64,000 nucleotides of DNA, taken from assembly GCA_034439715.1 (NCBI GenBank), contig JAWXAY010000033.1:15647-79646 (forward strand). The letters are read 5' to 3'. Below the pieces are notes generated by a model. The model was given only the letters and a program-made list of their open reading frames with translations, was not told the origin of the DNA and did not search any database. This DNA comes from Pseudomonadota bacterium (GTDB lineage Bacteria; Bdellovibrionota; Bdellovibrionia; Bdellovibrionales; SG-bin7). The position numbers and the translations under genes were made by a program. Shown piece after piece: positions 1-8,753 of the stretch (position 1 is its first letter; every line of letters starts with the position of its first letter).

Positions 1-226
1 AACCCTTAAGAAAATCGGACAGGTCCTTTTTCTGATAGTCGTTCGATTCTATTTGTTCCATTTCGACCTTTTTATCAGGTCGACCCTGCAATCCATTGGT
101 AATGCTCGCGAGTTGTTTTTCTATGGTGTTGCCCAAGATGCGAACCATTCCGATAGTGGCAACCCCCACTAGCGCCACTATAATTAGGTACTCGATAAGT
201 CCTTGGCCTTTATTATTTTTAAGCAT
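1..226 (-). CDS. flp: Flp family type IVb pilin (3' end truncated by window edge; absent from ORF track)
   Basis: Reverse complement reads MLKNNKGQGLIEYLIIVALVGVATIGMVRILGNTIEKQLASITNGLQG...; G|QGLIEY Flp motif followed by a hydrophobic helix; GGAG RBS at 232-235. Confidence 0.9.
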   Translation of the reverse strand, partial: MLKNNKGQGLIEYLIIVALVGVATIGMVRILGNTIEKQLASITNGLQGRPDKKVEMEQIESNDYQKKDLSDFLKG

Positions 227-326
227 AAGTGCTCCTTTTGGGAGACTCCATTGCAAGATGGGGCACACAAAGGAAAGGCACTATAGCAACAACAGAAGAA
301 TTACTTGGTTCGAAAACCGGACGTTA

Positions 327-713
327 TTACTTTTTCTTGGTTTTTTTAGCGATTTTTGCAGATTTGATAGGCTTTGAGGGTTTAGCGGCCTTTGCCACCT
401 TTGCTTCTTTTAAGGGTTTAGCTGTTGGAACCTTTACGGCCTTGGCTTGTTTAGCCACCTTTGCAGCGATGGCTTCTTGTTTCGCTTGGGCCTTGGCCTG
501 GATTTTAGCTTCTATTTTAAGATTTTTTCTTTGCATGAGGAGACTTTCGATAATGTCATATGCCTCTTTTTGTAGATCATTCTCGAAAATAAAACGATAA
601 AGTCCCTCAACTTCTTGGGATTGTCTAAATTTTCTGAGCGTTGTTGGAGCCTGTTCTGACGTCGAAAAACTAATGCTTGCTCCATCACCAGACAAAGTAA
701 CTTTTGCTGCCAT
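327..713 (-). CDS. Hypothetical protein with Lys/Ala/Pro-rich histone-H1-like C-terminal tail
   Basis: ~60-aa globular N-terminus, then xAK/xPK repeats (22 Lys in the last 66 aa); GGAGG RBS; TTGACT-N17-TAGAAA sigma70-like promoter upstream. Confidence 0.8.
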   Translation of the reverse strand: MAAKVTLSGDGASISFSTSEQAPTTLRKFRQSQEVEGLYRFIFENDLQKEAYDIIESLLMQRKNLKIEAKIQAKAQAKQEAIAAKVAKQAKAVKVPTAKPLKEAKVAKAAKPSKPIKSAKIAKKTKKK

Positions 714-855
714 AAAAGCCTCCCCAAAAAAAGATAGAATAAATCAATAGTCATTTTCTAGGCTAATTATTGCGTAAAGTCAATGACCCCCAGGTGTTGG
801 AAAAACGAACTGTTTAGACTAATAAAGTTAGGACGTATAAATGAAAGGCTGATTT

Positions 856-1728
856 TTGATAATACTGGATGGTAAAGAAGTTTCTCTTCGTTGTACGGAA
901 CTTACTAAGGCTCGCAGTAGTGAATTCCAGAGACAAAATGGGCGAGCGCCGGGCCTTGCGGTTATTCTGGTGGGAGGAGACTCAGCCAGCCAAGTTTATG
1001 TCAAAAATAAAATCAAATCCTGCGAAGCTAGTGGCATACTCTCGTTCCCCCATTATTTAAGGGCGGAGACAGAAAGTTCTGAGCTTGAAGACCTTATTGA
1101 GTCGCTAAATAATAAGTCTGAAGTGGATGGAATCTTGTTACAACTTCCGTTGCCGTCTCATCTAGACAAAGAATATTTTATCGAGCTAATTGCTCCCTTA
1201 AAAGACGTTGATGGGCTTGGCTACGACAGCTTGGGGCGGCTTTGGGCAGGTAGGCCTCGAGTCATCCCCTGTACACCTAAAGGCGTGATTAGAATTTTAA
1301 AACATTATAATTTGGATCTTGCTGGCAAGCGGGCAGTTGTCATCGGAAGAAGTGAAATAGTTGGCAAACCAATGGCGCAATTGTTATTGATGGAAAACGC
1401 CACTGTTACGATTTGTCATTCTAAAACTAAAGACATCAACGAGTATTCCAGACAAGCTGATATCGTTGTCGTGGCCGCGGGACGTCCGCGACTTTTCGGC
1501 AAAGAAAATTTTAAGAAAGATTCCATTGTAATTGATGTGGGAATTCACCGGATACCAGACGGCAATGGCACGAATACCAAACTTTGCGGTGATGTTCGAT
1601 TTGATGAGCTTGCGGGGCACTGCTTAGCGGCCACGCCCGTTCCTGGGGGAGTGGGACCAATGACAATAGCGATGTTGCTAGAAAATACCTTAGATCTAGC
1701 GACTACAAACAAAGTAGCGAAAAACTAA
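856..1728 (+). CDS. folD: Bifunctional methylenetetrahydrofolate dehydrogenase/cyclohydrolase
   Basis: YVKNKIKSC, VDGILLQLPLP, KDVDG, PCTPKG, GRSEIVGKP, TPVPGGVGPMT motifs. Confidence 0.97.
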   Translation: MIILDGKEVSLRCTELTKARSSEFQRQNGRAPGLAVILVGGDSASQVYVKNKIKSCEASGILSFPHYLRAETESSELEDLIESLNNKSEVDGILLQLPLPSHLDKEYFIELIAPLKDVDGLGYDSLGRLWAGRPRVIPCTPKGVIRILKHYNLDLAGKRAVVIGRSEIVGKPMAQLLLMENATVTICHSKTKDINEYSRQADIVVVAAGRPRLFGKENFKKDSIVIDVGIHRIPDGNGTNTKLCGDVRFDELAGHCLAATPVPGGVGPMTIAMLLENTLDLATTNKVAKN

Positions 1729-3623
1729 AAACCAAATTTTTTCGGATCTTCATTTATCATCATTGCCGAAATAAGCTTGGGAACATATTCGCGAGTCTCG
1801 CAAGACATCATGTGGAACTCATGTAAAAACCAATAATCGGGAGACTGTTCGCCCCACTTTTCTGCTAAATCCCACCAGTCGTCGCCCTTGCTTGTTTTGA
1901 GATTCCCAAATTTATTGTTGATTCGTTCGTGGGCTAAGTCGGGTTTTTTGACTAAAGGTTTATTTTTGAAGTTTTGCTTAAAGAACGCATCATACTTATC
2001 GACACTTACAATATTTCGAATATAGGAATAAATCCCACCCGCGCCATTGTTGTAGGCGGCAAAAGCAAGCTTGTAGTCGGCTTTAATAAAATATTTTAAT
2101 AGAAAATCAAAGTAATTTATTGCCGCTGTCGAGGCTTTCATAAAATCCCCTCGCTCATCGCGGGTGTCGGCCTCCCCGTTAACCAGTGCAAAAGTTTTTA
2201 GTCCACGTTCACGGCCAGTTGCTCGCATGAATTGCCAGGGTCCCACGGCACCAGAACTGCTGACTTCAATTATCGGAGTAGGCTTAAAAAAACGTGGCGA
2301 CTCGACGAGTGTCGTAAAAAAGAAGTTTGCCGGAACGTCCAAAGTTTCAAACTGATTTTTTATTTTTTCGAAGTATACTTTCGAAGCTTTAAAAAATCGA
2401 ACAAGAGACGGCTTATAGTTTATCTCGGCTGAATCTCTCCTAAAGCAGTGCGGAATCGAAATTTTATTTCCTTGCCAACGCTGTATCCATTTTTGTGTTA
2501 TTTGGTGGCCATAAGTTTCTTCAGGAGTAAAAGTCAGCGCCGAAGAATTTTTTATGGGAAACTCCAATGGAGGAAAGTCGCGACTGAATTGCTCATTAAT
2601 AAGAGAAGTCCTAGGTTTCTGTAAATTGATACTGATAAAAGCATTATTGTTAATGGCGGGTGCCATTCGGGGATTGACCGATAGATCGGGCTGCAGCAAA
2701 GGCTTTTTCGCTGGTTCTATATTTTTACCGTTAAAATCCACAAAAAGGTCAAAATAATTTTCGGTGTCGGGAATTTCAAATCTAATGGCGACTTGTCCGT
2801 TTTGGGTATTTCCAATGAGTTTTAAACTTTGAAAAGGCAAGAAGTGAGTGCCACAAGTGATATTTACTTGAGGCAGCGGCTGCCCCGTAAGGTCTGTGTT
2901 CTGCAGCTCTCCTTCAAGACAAATTTTTTGATTCGAGTTGATCGCGAGCTCTATTTTAAAGATTGACCTTCCCATAGAAATTTCAGAAGCAAATGCACTT
3001 ACTGCTGTAGAAGCTGTAAACTTCTCTATAAAAATCGGAAGCAACGGATGAGTCAGCAAAAACTTGTCAAGCAATTCTAATGTACTGGCTTGATTTAAAA
3101 AGAGTAAGCGTGCTTTAGCCGTGACGTTTCTCATGGTAAACGAGGTCGAAGCGCCGTCGGCTTTTAACACTCCCACATATGTTTGGCATTCAGTCGTAGA
3201 ACAGAAGACTTTTAGAGTGGATTGACTGTTTAATGCTTTGAGATCAACAACGACTTTATTTGAAGTCGGTGCCTCACCTGAAAAAATGAATTCATCATTA
3301 GGGTTTTCAAGACTTACCCTGATAGTCATATTTTCGGGGACCGCATCGGTGTCAGGTCCAATATCAACACTAACAACTCTCGAAGTGAGTATTTTATCTG
3401 ATACTGATTTAGGGTTCGAAGCTGCTTTTGCGGCAGAAAGTGCCTTGTCAGAACCGTTCGAGGCCCGGGTATAAACGCGAGAGTTTTTAGGAGAGGTACC
3501 ACCTGTTAGTTCCGTCGAGTCGAAAACTTCGGGATTAAAATCGCCAAATTCCGATTTTCCACATGAGCTTAAAATCAGCGCGGCCAAACTAGTAAAAATT
3601 AAATTTTTAAATAAATTCACCAC
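1725..3623 (-). CDS. Lipoprotein with C-terminal lytic transglycosylase (SLT/MltD-like) domain
   Basis: Lipobox LILSSC; LVES (catalytic Glu), GAVGPWQFMRATG, AAYNNG, ETREYVPK motifs; ~350-aa unassigned N-terminal region. Confidence 0.88.
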   Translation of the reverse strand: MVNLFKNLIFTSLAALILSSCGKSEFGDFNPEVFDSTELTGGTSPKNSRVYTRASNGSDKALSAAKAASNPKSVSDKILTSRVVSVDIGPDTDAVPENMTIRVSLENPNDEFIFSGEAPTSNKVVVDLKALNSQSTLKVFCSTTECQTYVGVLKADGASTSFTMRNVTAKARLLFLNQASTLELLDKFLLTHPLLPIFIEKFTASTAVSAFASEISMGRSIFKIELAINSNQKICLEGELQNTDLTGQPLPQVNITCGTHFLPFQSLKLIGNTQNGQVAIRFEIPDTENYFDLFVDFNGKNIEPAKKPLLQPDLSVNPRMAPAINNNAFISINLQKPRTSLINEQFSRDFPPLEFPIKNSSALTFTPEETYGHQITQKWIQRWQGNKISIPHCFRRDSAEINYKPSLVRFFKASKVYFEKIKNQFETLDVPANFFFTTLVESPRFFKPTPIIEVSSSGAVGPWQFMRATGRERGLKTFALVNGEADTRDERGDFMKASTAAINYFDFLLKYFIKADYKLAFAAYNNGAGGIYSYIRNIVSVDKYDAFFKQNFKNKPLVKKPDLAHERINNKFGNLKTSKGDDWWDLAEKWGEQSPDYWFLHEFHMMSCETREYVPKLISAMMINEDPKKFGF

Positions 3624-3852
3624 GAATTACCCCAAGGTTAATGGGATTAAGAGCAATCCCGAAGCCAGTAAAAACAGAGCGTAAGTCACTGAAATATCAA
3701 AAAAATTGACGATTCTCTTGTAAATCCTTCAATAATCAGGACGACAATTGTTTTTAAGCGAATTTCACCGGTTTATATTCGGGGCAACAGCTTGACTGAA
3801 ATCATGAGTCCTGTGACAGTAAAAGCCTGAAATTTTTACAAAAAGGCCTGCC

Positions 3853-4941
3853 GTGCTCAAGACTACTGCTTTAAAAGAAGAACACCAAAAAATGGGCGCC
3901 AAGATGGTAGAGTTTGCCGGCTGGCTCATGCCCATCCAATATGAAGGGGTTGGCCCCGAACATAAGAACACTCGTGAAAATATCGGGGTATTTGACGTTT
4001 CTCATATGGGCGAGATTTTAGTATCCGGTCCCCGAGCGCTCGAAACTTTGCAATGGACAACTACCAATGATGTCTCGAAGCTCCTAAAAGGTCAGGCGCA
4101 GTATTCACTTTTTCCAAACGCCAAAGGGGGCATTGTTGATGACCTCATTGTTTACTGCTTAGAGCCCGCTAATAGTTATCTCTTATGTGTTAATGCCTCT
4201 AATACCAACAAAGATTTCAAATTTCTTCTTGATAACAATCGCGGCGCAAAGCTTGAAAATCAGAGTGATCAGTGGGCTCAAGTCGCCTTACAGGGACCCA
4301 AAGCTTTACAACTTGCGAATGAGCTACTTGGTGAGGATTTTGCTATACTCCCGAGTTTCAATTTTAAAGAAGTAAAATTTAAGGGCAACACATGTTTTGT
4401 CGCGCGTACGGGGTATACTGGCGAAGATGGTGTTGAGATTTTCATTCCTTGGAAATTATCAATAGATTTTTGGCAAAAAACATTTGAGATGGGGACGAAA
4501 CTGGGTGCGAAGCCTGTGGGCTTGGCTGCGCGCGACACTTTGCGAGTAGAAATGAAGTATCCTCTATACGGTCAAGAAATCGACGACGACACTAATCCCT
4601 ATGAGGCTGGCTTGGGCTGGGTAGTAAAACCACAGGCTAAAGATTTTTTGGGCAAAGATAAAATGCTGTTAGGTAAAGAGGCAGGATTAAAACGAAAATT
4701 GATCGGTTTTAAACTTTTAGAGCGGGGAGTTCCACGCGGGGGTTACGCCTTGTTTTCATTTGACAATCGCGAAATCGGCAAGGTAACAAGTGGGACTATG
4801 TCGCCGTCTTTGGGTGAGGGAATTGGCGTTGGTTATGTTGATATTAATTACGCCAAAGAGGGCACAGAGATTTTATTGGATATTCGGGGCAAAAAATTTA
4901 AAGCGAGAGTTGTTAAAACCCCATTTGTGACGAAGAACTAA
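3853..4941 (+). CDS. gcvT: Glycine cleavage system aminomethyltransferase T
   Basis: MVEFAGWLMPIQY, FDVSHMG, RTGYTGEDG, GLAARDTLR motifs. Confidence 0.97.
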   Translation: MLKTTALKEEHQKMGAKMVEFAGWLMPIQYEGVGPEHKNTRENIGVFDVSHMGEILVSGPRALETLQWTTTNDVSKLLKGQAQYSLFPNAKGGIVDDLIVYCLEPANSYLLCVNASNTNKDFKFLLDNNRGAKLENQSDQWAQVALQGPKALQLANELLGEDFAILPSFNFKEVKFKGNTCFVARTGYTGEDGVEIFIPWKLSIDFWQKTFEMGTKLGAKPVGLAARDTLRVEMKYPLYGQEIDDDTNPYEAGLGWVVKPQAKDFLGKDKMLLGKEAGLKRKLIGFKLLERGVPRGGYALFSFDNREIGKVTSGTMSPSLGEGIGVGYVDINYAKEGTEILLDIRGKKFKARVVKTPFVTKN

Positions 4942-4953
4942 GGAGTCAAAGAG

Positions 4954-5340
4954 ATGGCATTTCAAGTTCCTGAGGAATTTTATTATACAAAAGATCATGA
5001 GTGGGCTCAAGTGGATGAGAATATTGTGACGGTGGGAGTTACTGATTATGCCCAGGATGCTTTGGGTGAAATAGTTTACGTTGAACTTCCTGAAGAAGGA
5101 CAAAAAGTAAGTCAAAATGAAAAATTTGGTGTTGTAGAGAGTGTTAAAAGTGTCAGTGAGCTTTACTCGCCAGTCTCTGGAACGGTTATTGAGATCAACA
5201 ATGCTCTCAACGACAATCCAGGAGTGATGAATGATGATCCTATGAATGAAGGTTGGCTAATTCGAATTGAAATGGACACCGAAAAAGAGTTGGCTGTCCT
5301 GATGAAAGCACCGGATTATCGTAAGCTGACAGAGAAATAA
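4954..5340 (+). CDS. gcvH: Glycine cleavage system protein H
   Basis: YTKDHEW, GVTDYAQDALG, VESVKSVSE (lipoyl-Lys), SPVSG. Confidence 0.97.
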   Translation: MAFQVPEEFYYTKDHEWAQVDENIVTVGVTDYAQDALGEIVYVELPEEGQKVSQNEKFGVVESVKSVSELYSPVSGTVIEINNALNDNPGVMNDDPMNEGWLIRIEMDTEKELAVLMKAPDYRKLTEK

Positions 5341-5348
5341 AACCTAAT

Positions 5349-5433
5349 GCCCGGGTGGTGGAATTGGCAGACACGCTAGACTTAGGATCTAGTGCCGCAA
5401 GGTGTGCAGGTTCAAGTCCTGTCCCGGGTACCA
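5349..5433 (+). tRNA. tRNA-Leu (anticodon TAG)
   Basis: Acceptor stem GCCCGGG/CCCGGGT, D-arm GGAATTGGCAGAC, anticodon stem CTAGA-CTTAGGA-TCTAG, long variable arm, GTTCAAGTC T-loop, encoded CCA. Confidence 0.97.
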
Positions 5434-5580
5434 CTTATCAAAGTTGGTCGAAAAAGCACCTCTAAAAAAATTTAAAACGATGGTTTTAGTATTAGAAGGC
5501 CTTCAAAAGTAACCAACCCATTAGGCAGGCAATCTATTAATCGACGCTTAATCGGGTATTGGGTGAGCGCTATTGATTTG

Positions 5581-6012
5581 TCAGCTTGCCAAATCTTTAA
5601 TTTTTAAGATCGGATCTAAATCTTCATCGATTGCTCTAAGAAGCTCTGCGAGTTTATCGAGAGATGGCAAAACTTTCCCCTGTTCATACCGTCCATAGGC
5701 ATTGGGTGACTTCGAATGTAGACGTTTAGCCACTTCCATTAGAGTAAGCCCGCTTATGGCCCGCTGTCGACGCAGTAAAAGCCCTATTAATAATCGCTGT
5801 TCATTGGCTGAAACACTAAAACTGAGATCACCCAAAGGCTCAATCACCACAGCGAACCCTTTCTCATCCACGACTGTCTCAATGGCGTCCTTTGCCATAA
5901 GATAGGCGTCTTTTTTACTTTTACCTTGAGTAAAAATTCCAATGGCAGGTATTTCAATGGCCCAAATTTTTTCTTTCGAACTCGGTTTTTTCAAAAATCC
6001 CTCTAATTTCAT
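5581..6012 (-). CDS. hicB: HicB-family antitoxin with C-terminal XRE HTH
   Basis: WAIEIPAIGIFTQGKSKKDAYLMAKDAI HicB-like N-terminus; LTLMEVAKRL...YGRYEQG HTH; 4-nt overlap with hicA. Confidence 0.85.
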   Translation of the reverse strand: MKLEGFLKKPSSKEKIWAIEIPAIGIFTQGKSKKDAYLMAKDAIETVVDEKGFAVVIEPLGDLSFSVSANEQRLLIGLLLRRQRAISGLTLMEVAKRLHSKSPNAYGRYEQGKVLPSLDKLAELLRAIDEDLDPILKIKDLAS

Positions 6013-6200
6013 TTTGAACCTCTTATTTTATTGTACTGTTCCACTTCTTTAAGAATTCCCTTTGCCGTGTATTCATTAATTTCTCTGTGTCTTGGCACAG
6101 CAACGGCATTAATACCGTCAGTCCATTTATCGTGTTTAGACCCTGTGATTTGCCACCAGCCCAGCTGCTTTAGTTTTCGTTCCAGATCTCGACGCTTCAC
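6009..6200 (-). CDS. hicA: HicA-family mRNA interferase toxin
   Basis: 63 aa, MKRRDLERKLKQLGW...GSKHDKW...VPRHREINEYTAKGIL with the conserved GSxH motif. Confidence 0.9.
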   Translation of the reverse strand: MKRRDLERKLKQLGWWQITGSKHDKWTDGINAVAVPRHREINEYTAKGILKEVEQYNKIRGSK

Positions 6201-6206
6201 AAATCC

Positions 6207-6230
6207 ATTTTACACATAAATGTGTAAAAT
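6207..6230. promoter_or_regulatory. Probable HicB operator (perfect inverted repeat)
   Basis: ATTTTACACAT-AA-ATGTGTAAAAT, 11-bp arms, immediately upstream of the hicA start. Confidence 0.7.
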
Positions 6231-6355
6231 AAGCAAGTGATATTTAGCGCAGGAATCATCTAGAGGAAGGAAGCTATAATAATCTCAAAATAAGATTTTT
6301 ACTTTTAAAGCAAACCCAGTCGATTTCCCGAATTCAATAGGTAAGTGCAACTCCA

Positions 6356-6363
6356 GCCGATAA
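6356..6363 (+). promoter_or_regulatory. FliA/sigma28-like -10 box upstream of pilin-like gene
   Basis: GCCGATAA exact -10 consensus 7 nt before ATG 6371; -35 poorly matched. Confidence 0.45.
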
Positions 6364-6370
6364 AGAGAGT

Positions 6371-7159
6371 ATGGCGTTAAAAAATCAGGGTTTTTCACTT
6401 GTAAGCGTAATGGTGGCCGCTGGCTTGGGTCTAATAGTAATGACGGCAGTTACTCAACAATTTGTTAACCAGATTCGCATGACTCATTACCTCGAAGCTA
6501 AAATGGAGGCGAATCAATTTAAACATGAGCTTACATTGATGCTAGAAAAAAAATAAATTGCGACGTTAGTTTTGGTGGTTTGAATTTGAGTTTCGTAAGT
6601 GGCGCCGGAGGAGACAATGCTAATATTACCTCTTTAATTAATACCCCCCCCAACAAATCCACTTAATGTTTTAAAAATAAGTTATGGAAACAACAATAGG
6701 CTTATCAATGTAACTGAAGTTAATCTTTTTAGACCGACTCTCAAGTTAAACGGAGCACCTAATGATGGCTTAGTACCTCCAGGCGAATACGAAATGAAAC
6801 TAAAGATGACCGTCCAAGAAAGAGGCGGAACGAATAGGAGTTTTCCAGTTGACGGACCGACAGTGGTATTGAGCGTTACAGGAACAATCGTTGATGTGGA
6901 TGCTTGCGTTCTCGCGACTGCGGTCGCTGAGATGTGTACCGCACTAGGCGGTACAATGAGCGGCGCTAATTGTACCTTGCCAACAGTTCCGCCGTTTGTG
7001 CCAATGTACCAATGCATATTTGGTGGAGGCTCCTGTTCGACATGTAGAGGTCAGGTCAGTACTACCCCAATATCTTGCATATATGGTAGAGACAGCAGTG
7101 GCCAGGGCACAGGGAGTTTTTGCTCAGGGCCCACCATTTCTTGCCCCAGAATAAACTAA
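6371..7159 (+). pseudogene. Type IV pilin-like (class III signal peptide) protein interrupted by two compensating homopolymer frameshifts; 262 aa if repaired
   Basis: QG|FSLVSVMVAAGLG N-terminus; A8 at 6546-6553 and C8 at 6644-6651; A9 plus C7 gives one open frame joining ORFs 6371-6556 and 6794-7159; Cys-rich C-terminus. Confidence 0.8.
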
Positions 7160-7496
7160 AGTTTTACGTAGAGCTCGACGTTTGCATAGGAACTAGCTAT
7201 CTGTCTAAAATAAAACGCTCATGTCGGTTAAATTTGCTTTGGTATGGCGACGAAGTCAGGAATGTCAGATACTCCGCCGGCATAGTTCCGCTGCTCATTG
7301 AAGGAAAAAACACTGGTTTGTTCATTAGTTTAGAATTCTTCAGATTAGCATTTCAAGATAGTAGGTAAATTATGTTTTTATAGGCTTTATTAGGTGAAAA
7401 CTGACTGCCTAGGACTCGGATCTCCCCATTTTTGATAACACCTGCCCCCCGAGCCAAAATTTTGGCCAAAAGCCCCGAAAAATCCTGCTAATTTAT

Positions 7497-7885
7497 TTAG
7501 TGAAACTCAAAGCCCATCTGCGGAGGGGCGCGGGCAGGGTGGAGTGCCGGCGGCGAGGTCTCAAGGCCCAAGTGCGTGAGTATCTTCTCGATGATTTTTT
7601 TTTCGAGAATGGCCGCAATAATCTTGGCGTCACCCCCGCAGTTGCCGCAAGTGGTGACATCGATCTGAAAGACCCGCTTCATGAGCCTACCCCAAGAGAT
7701 CTGTCTGGCCGAGGCGGGTGGTTTGGGTTCAGTTTTATCTAAAACGTCATTGGGAGTTTTATTTTTGACCACAATTTTGGGTCGAGCCTTCGAGTTCGGA
7801 GCAAATACTCCGTGGTAACGGATGATGTGCATGCGGGGCGGTGGCACAAGGCTAGCTAGTTTTTCGATAAAATCCTGTCGCCCCG
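7497..7885 (-). mobile_element. IS91/ISCR-family (Y2) transposase C-terminal remnant
   Basis: DFIEKLASLVPPPRMHIIRYHGVFAPNS, WGRLMKRVFQIDVTTCGNCGG, KILTHLGL, PARAPP; N-terminal HUH region absent. Confidence 0.85.
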
Positions 7886-7948
7886 ACCATGTACAAACTC
7901 CGGGTTTTATTAACAACAGGCCGTTGGAAACAGTTTCAGTAACTAAAT

Positions 7949-7978
7949 AAAAAAGGCCGAAGATTATTCGGCCTTTTT
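7949..7978 (-). terminator. Intrinsic terminator (probably bidirectional)
   Basis: AAAAAA-GGCCGAA-GATTA-TTCGGCC-TTTTT downstream of the 8000-8638 gene. Confidence 0.8.
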
Positions 7979-7999
7979 GAAAGATAATTTAAAACTATA

Positions 8000-8638
8000 T
8001 TAACGGGGAGTGAGTACGATGGTTGGCCCAATAAAAATATTTTTTGCCCGAATATTAGTTTCGCTATCACCCGTTAGACAAAGCTTAATAGTGTGAATTC
8101 CAGCAGACAGTGTTTTAGCAAATTGCACCTGCCTTCCGTAGGGTCCCACATAAACATAGTCCCAAGCTACTCGAGCATTATCCATTCTGACTTCAACCAT
8201 TGCCGCATTGCCAACTCGACCTGGTAAATCGATTATATTGCGTTCTTTCAAGGTAGTATAGCTATATTCCTCATTCGACGGATTCCAGTAGGTTAAGACT
8301 TGTGCATAATCTCCTAGACCAAACAGACCTGCCCGAACCCATAGTTTTCCGTCGTACGTGCCACCTTTAATGAACATACTGGTAGAGATGCAGCTATCGC
8401 CCAATTTATCTCCCGTCACTATTACGTATCCCTTATATGCTACTTGTTTATTATAGTTATTATAGCGACCACCACCAAGCGTAGCTGTATTGATGACGAC
8501 TACTGGAGGTTTGACTATTGGAGTATTGACTACTGGACGACTGACTACTGAGTCTTTAGGTGGTATTCCCATGGCATTTGAAGTGAGTGAATAAGCTACT
8601 ATAGAAAGATAAATTATACTTTTGATCCCTTTAAACAT
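8000..8638 (-). CDS. Secreted hypothetical protein (Pro/Val-rich linker, beta-rich domain)
   Basis: Signal peptide MFKGIKSIIYLSIVAYSLTSNA; GGAGGGG RBS; own promoter and terminator. Confidence 0.75.
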   Translation of the reverse strand: MFKGIKSIIYLSIVAYSLTSNAMGIPPKDSVVSRPVVNTPIVKPPVVVINTATLGGGRYNNYNKQVAYKGYVIVTGDKLGDSCISTSMFIKGGTYDGKLWVRAGLFGLGDYAQVLTYWNPSNEEYSYTTLKERNIIDLPGRVGNAAMVEVRMDNARVAWDYVYVGPYGRQVQFAKTLSAGIHTIKLCLTGDSETNIRAKNIFIGPTIVLTPR

Positions 8639-8736
8639 TTTCCCGCCCCTCCGGTTAATCAGGCTTCATTATTTATGCCTGCATGTGATTAAATACGAGA
8701 ATATAAACAAACTGGATTCCCGCTATGCAATTATGT

Positions 8737-8753
8737 CGCAATCGGGGTGCCAA
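8737..8753 (-). promoter_or_regulatory. Sigma54 (-24/-12) promoter
   Basis: TTGGCACCCCGATTGCG matches TGGCAC-N5-TTGC, ~100 nt upstream of ATG 8638. Confidence 0.7.

Noticed and set aside
96-754. ORFs 96-377, 229-600 and 512-754
   Set aside because: Shadow frames of the Flp pilin and the Lys-rich protein, which have the RBSs and recognisable motifs.
5240-5434. 64-aa minus-strand ORF (MVPGTGLEPAHL...)
   Set aside because: Antisense translation of tRNA-Leu, a classic false ORF.
6554-6643. Stop-codon readthrough or recoding as the explanation for the split pilin
   Set aside because: The original frame has several different stops (TAA, TGA) here, while a shifted frame is open and pilin-like; other genes use the standard code.
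6682-7368. ORFs 6682-7017 (-) and 7120-7368 (+)
   Set aside because: The first is an antisense shadow of the pilin; the second has no RBS or recognisable motif.
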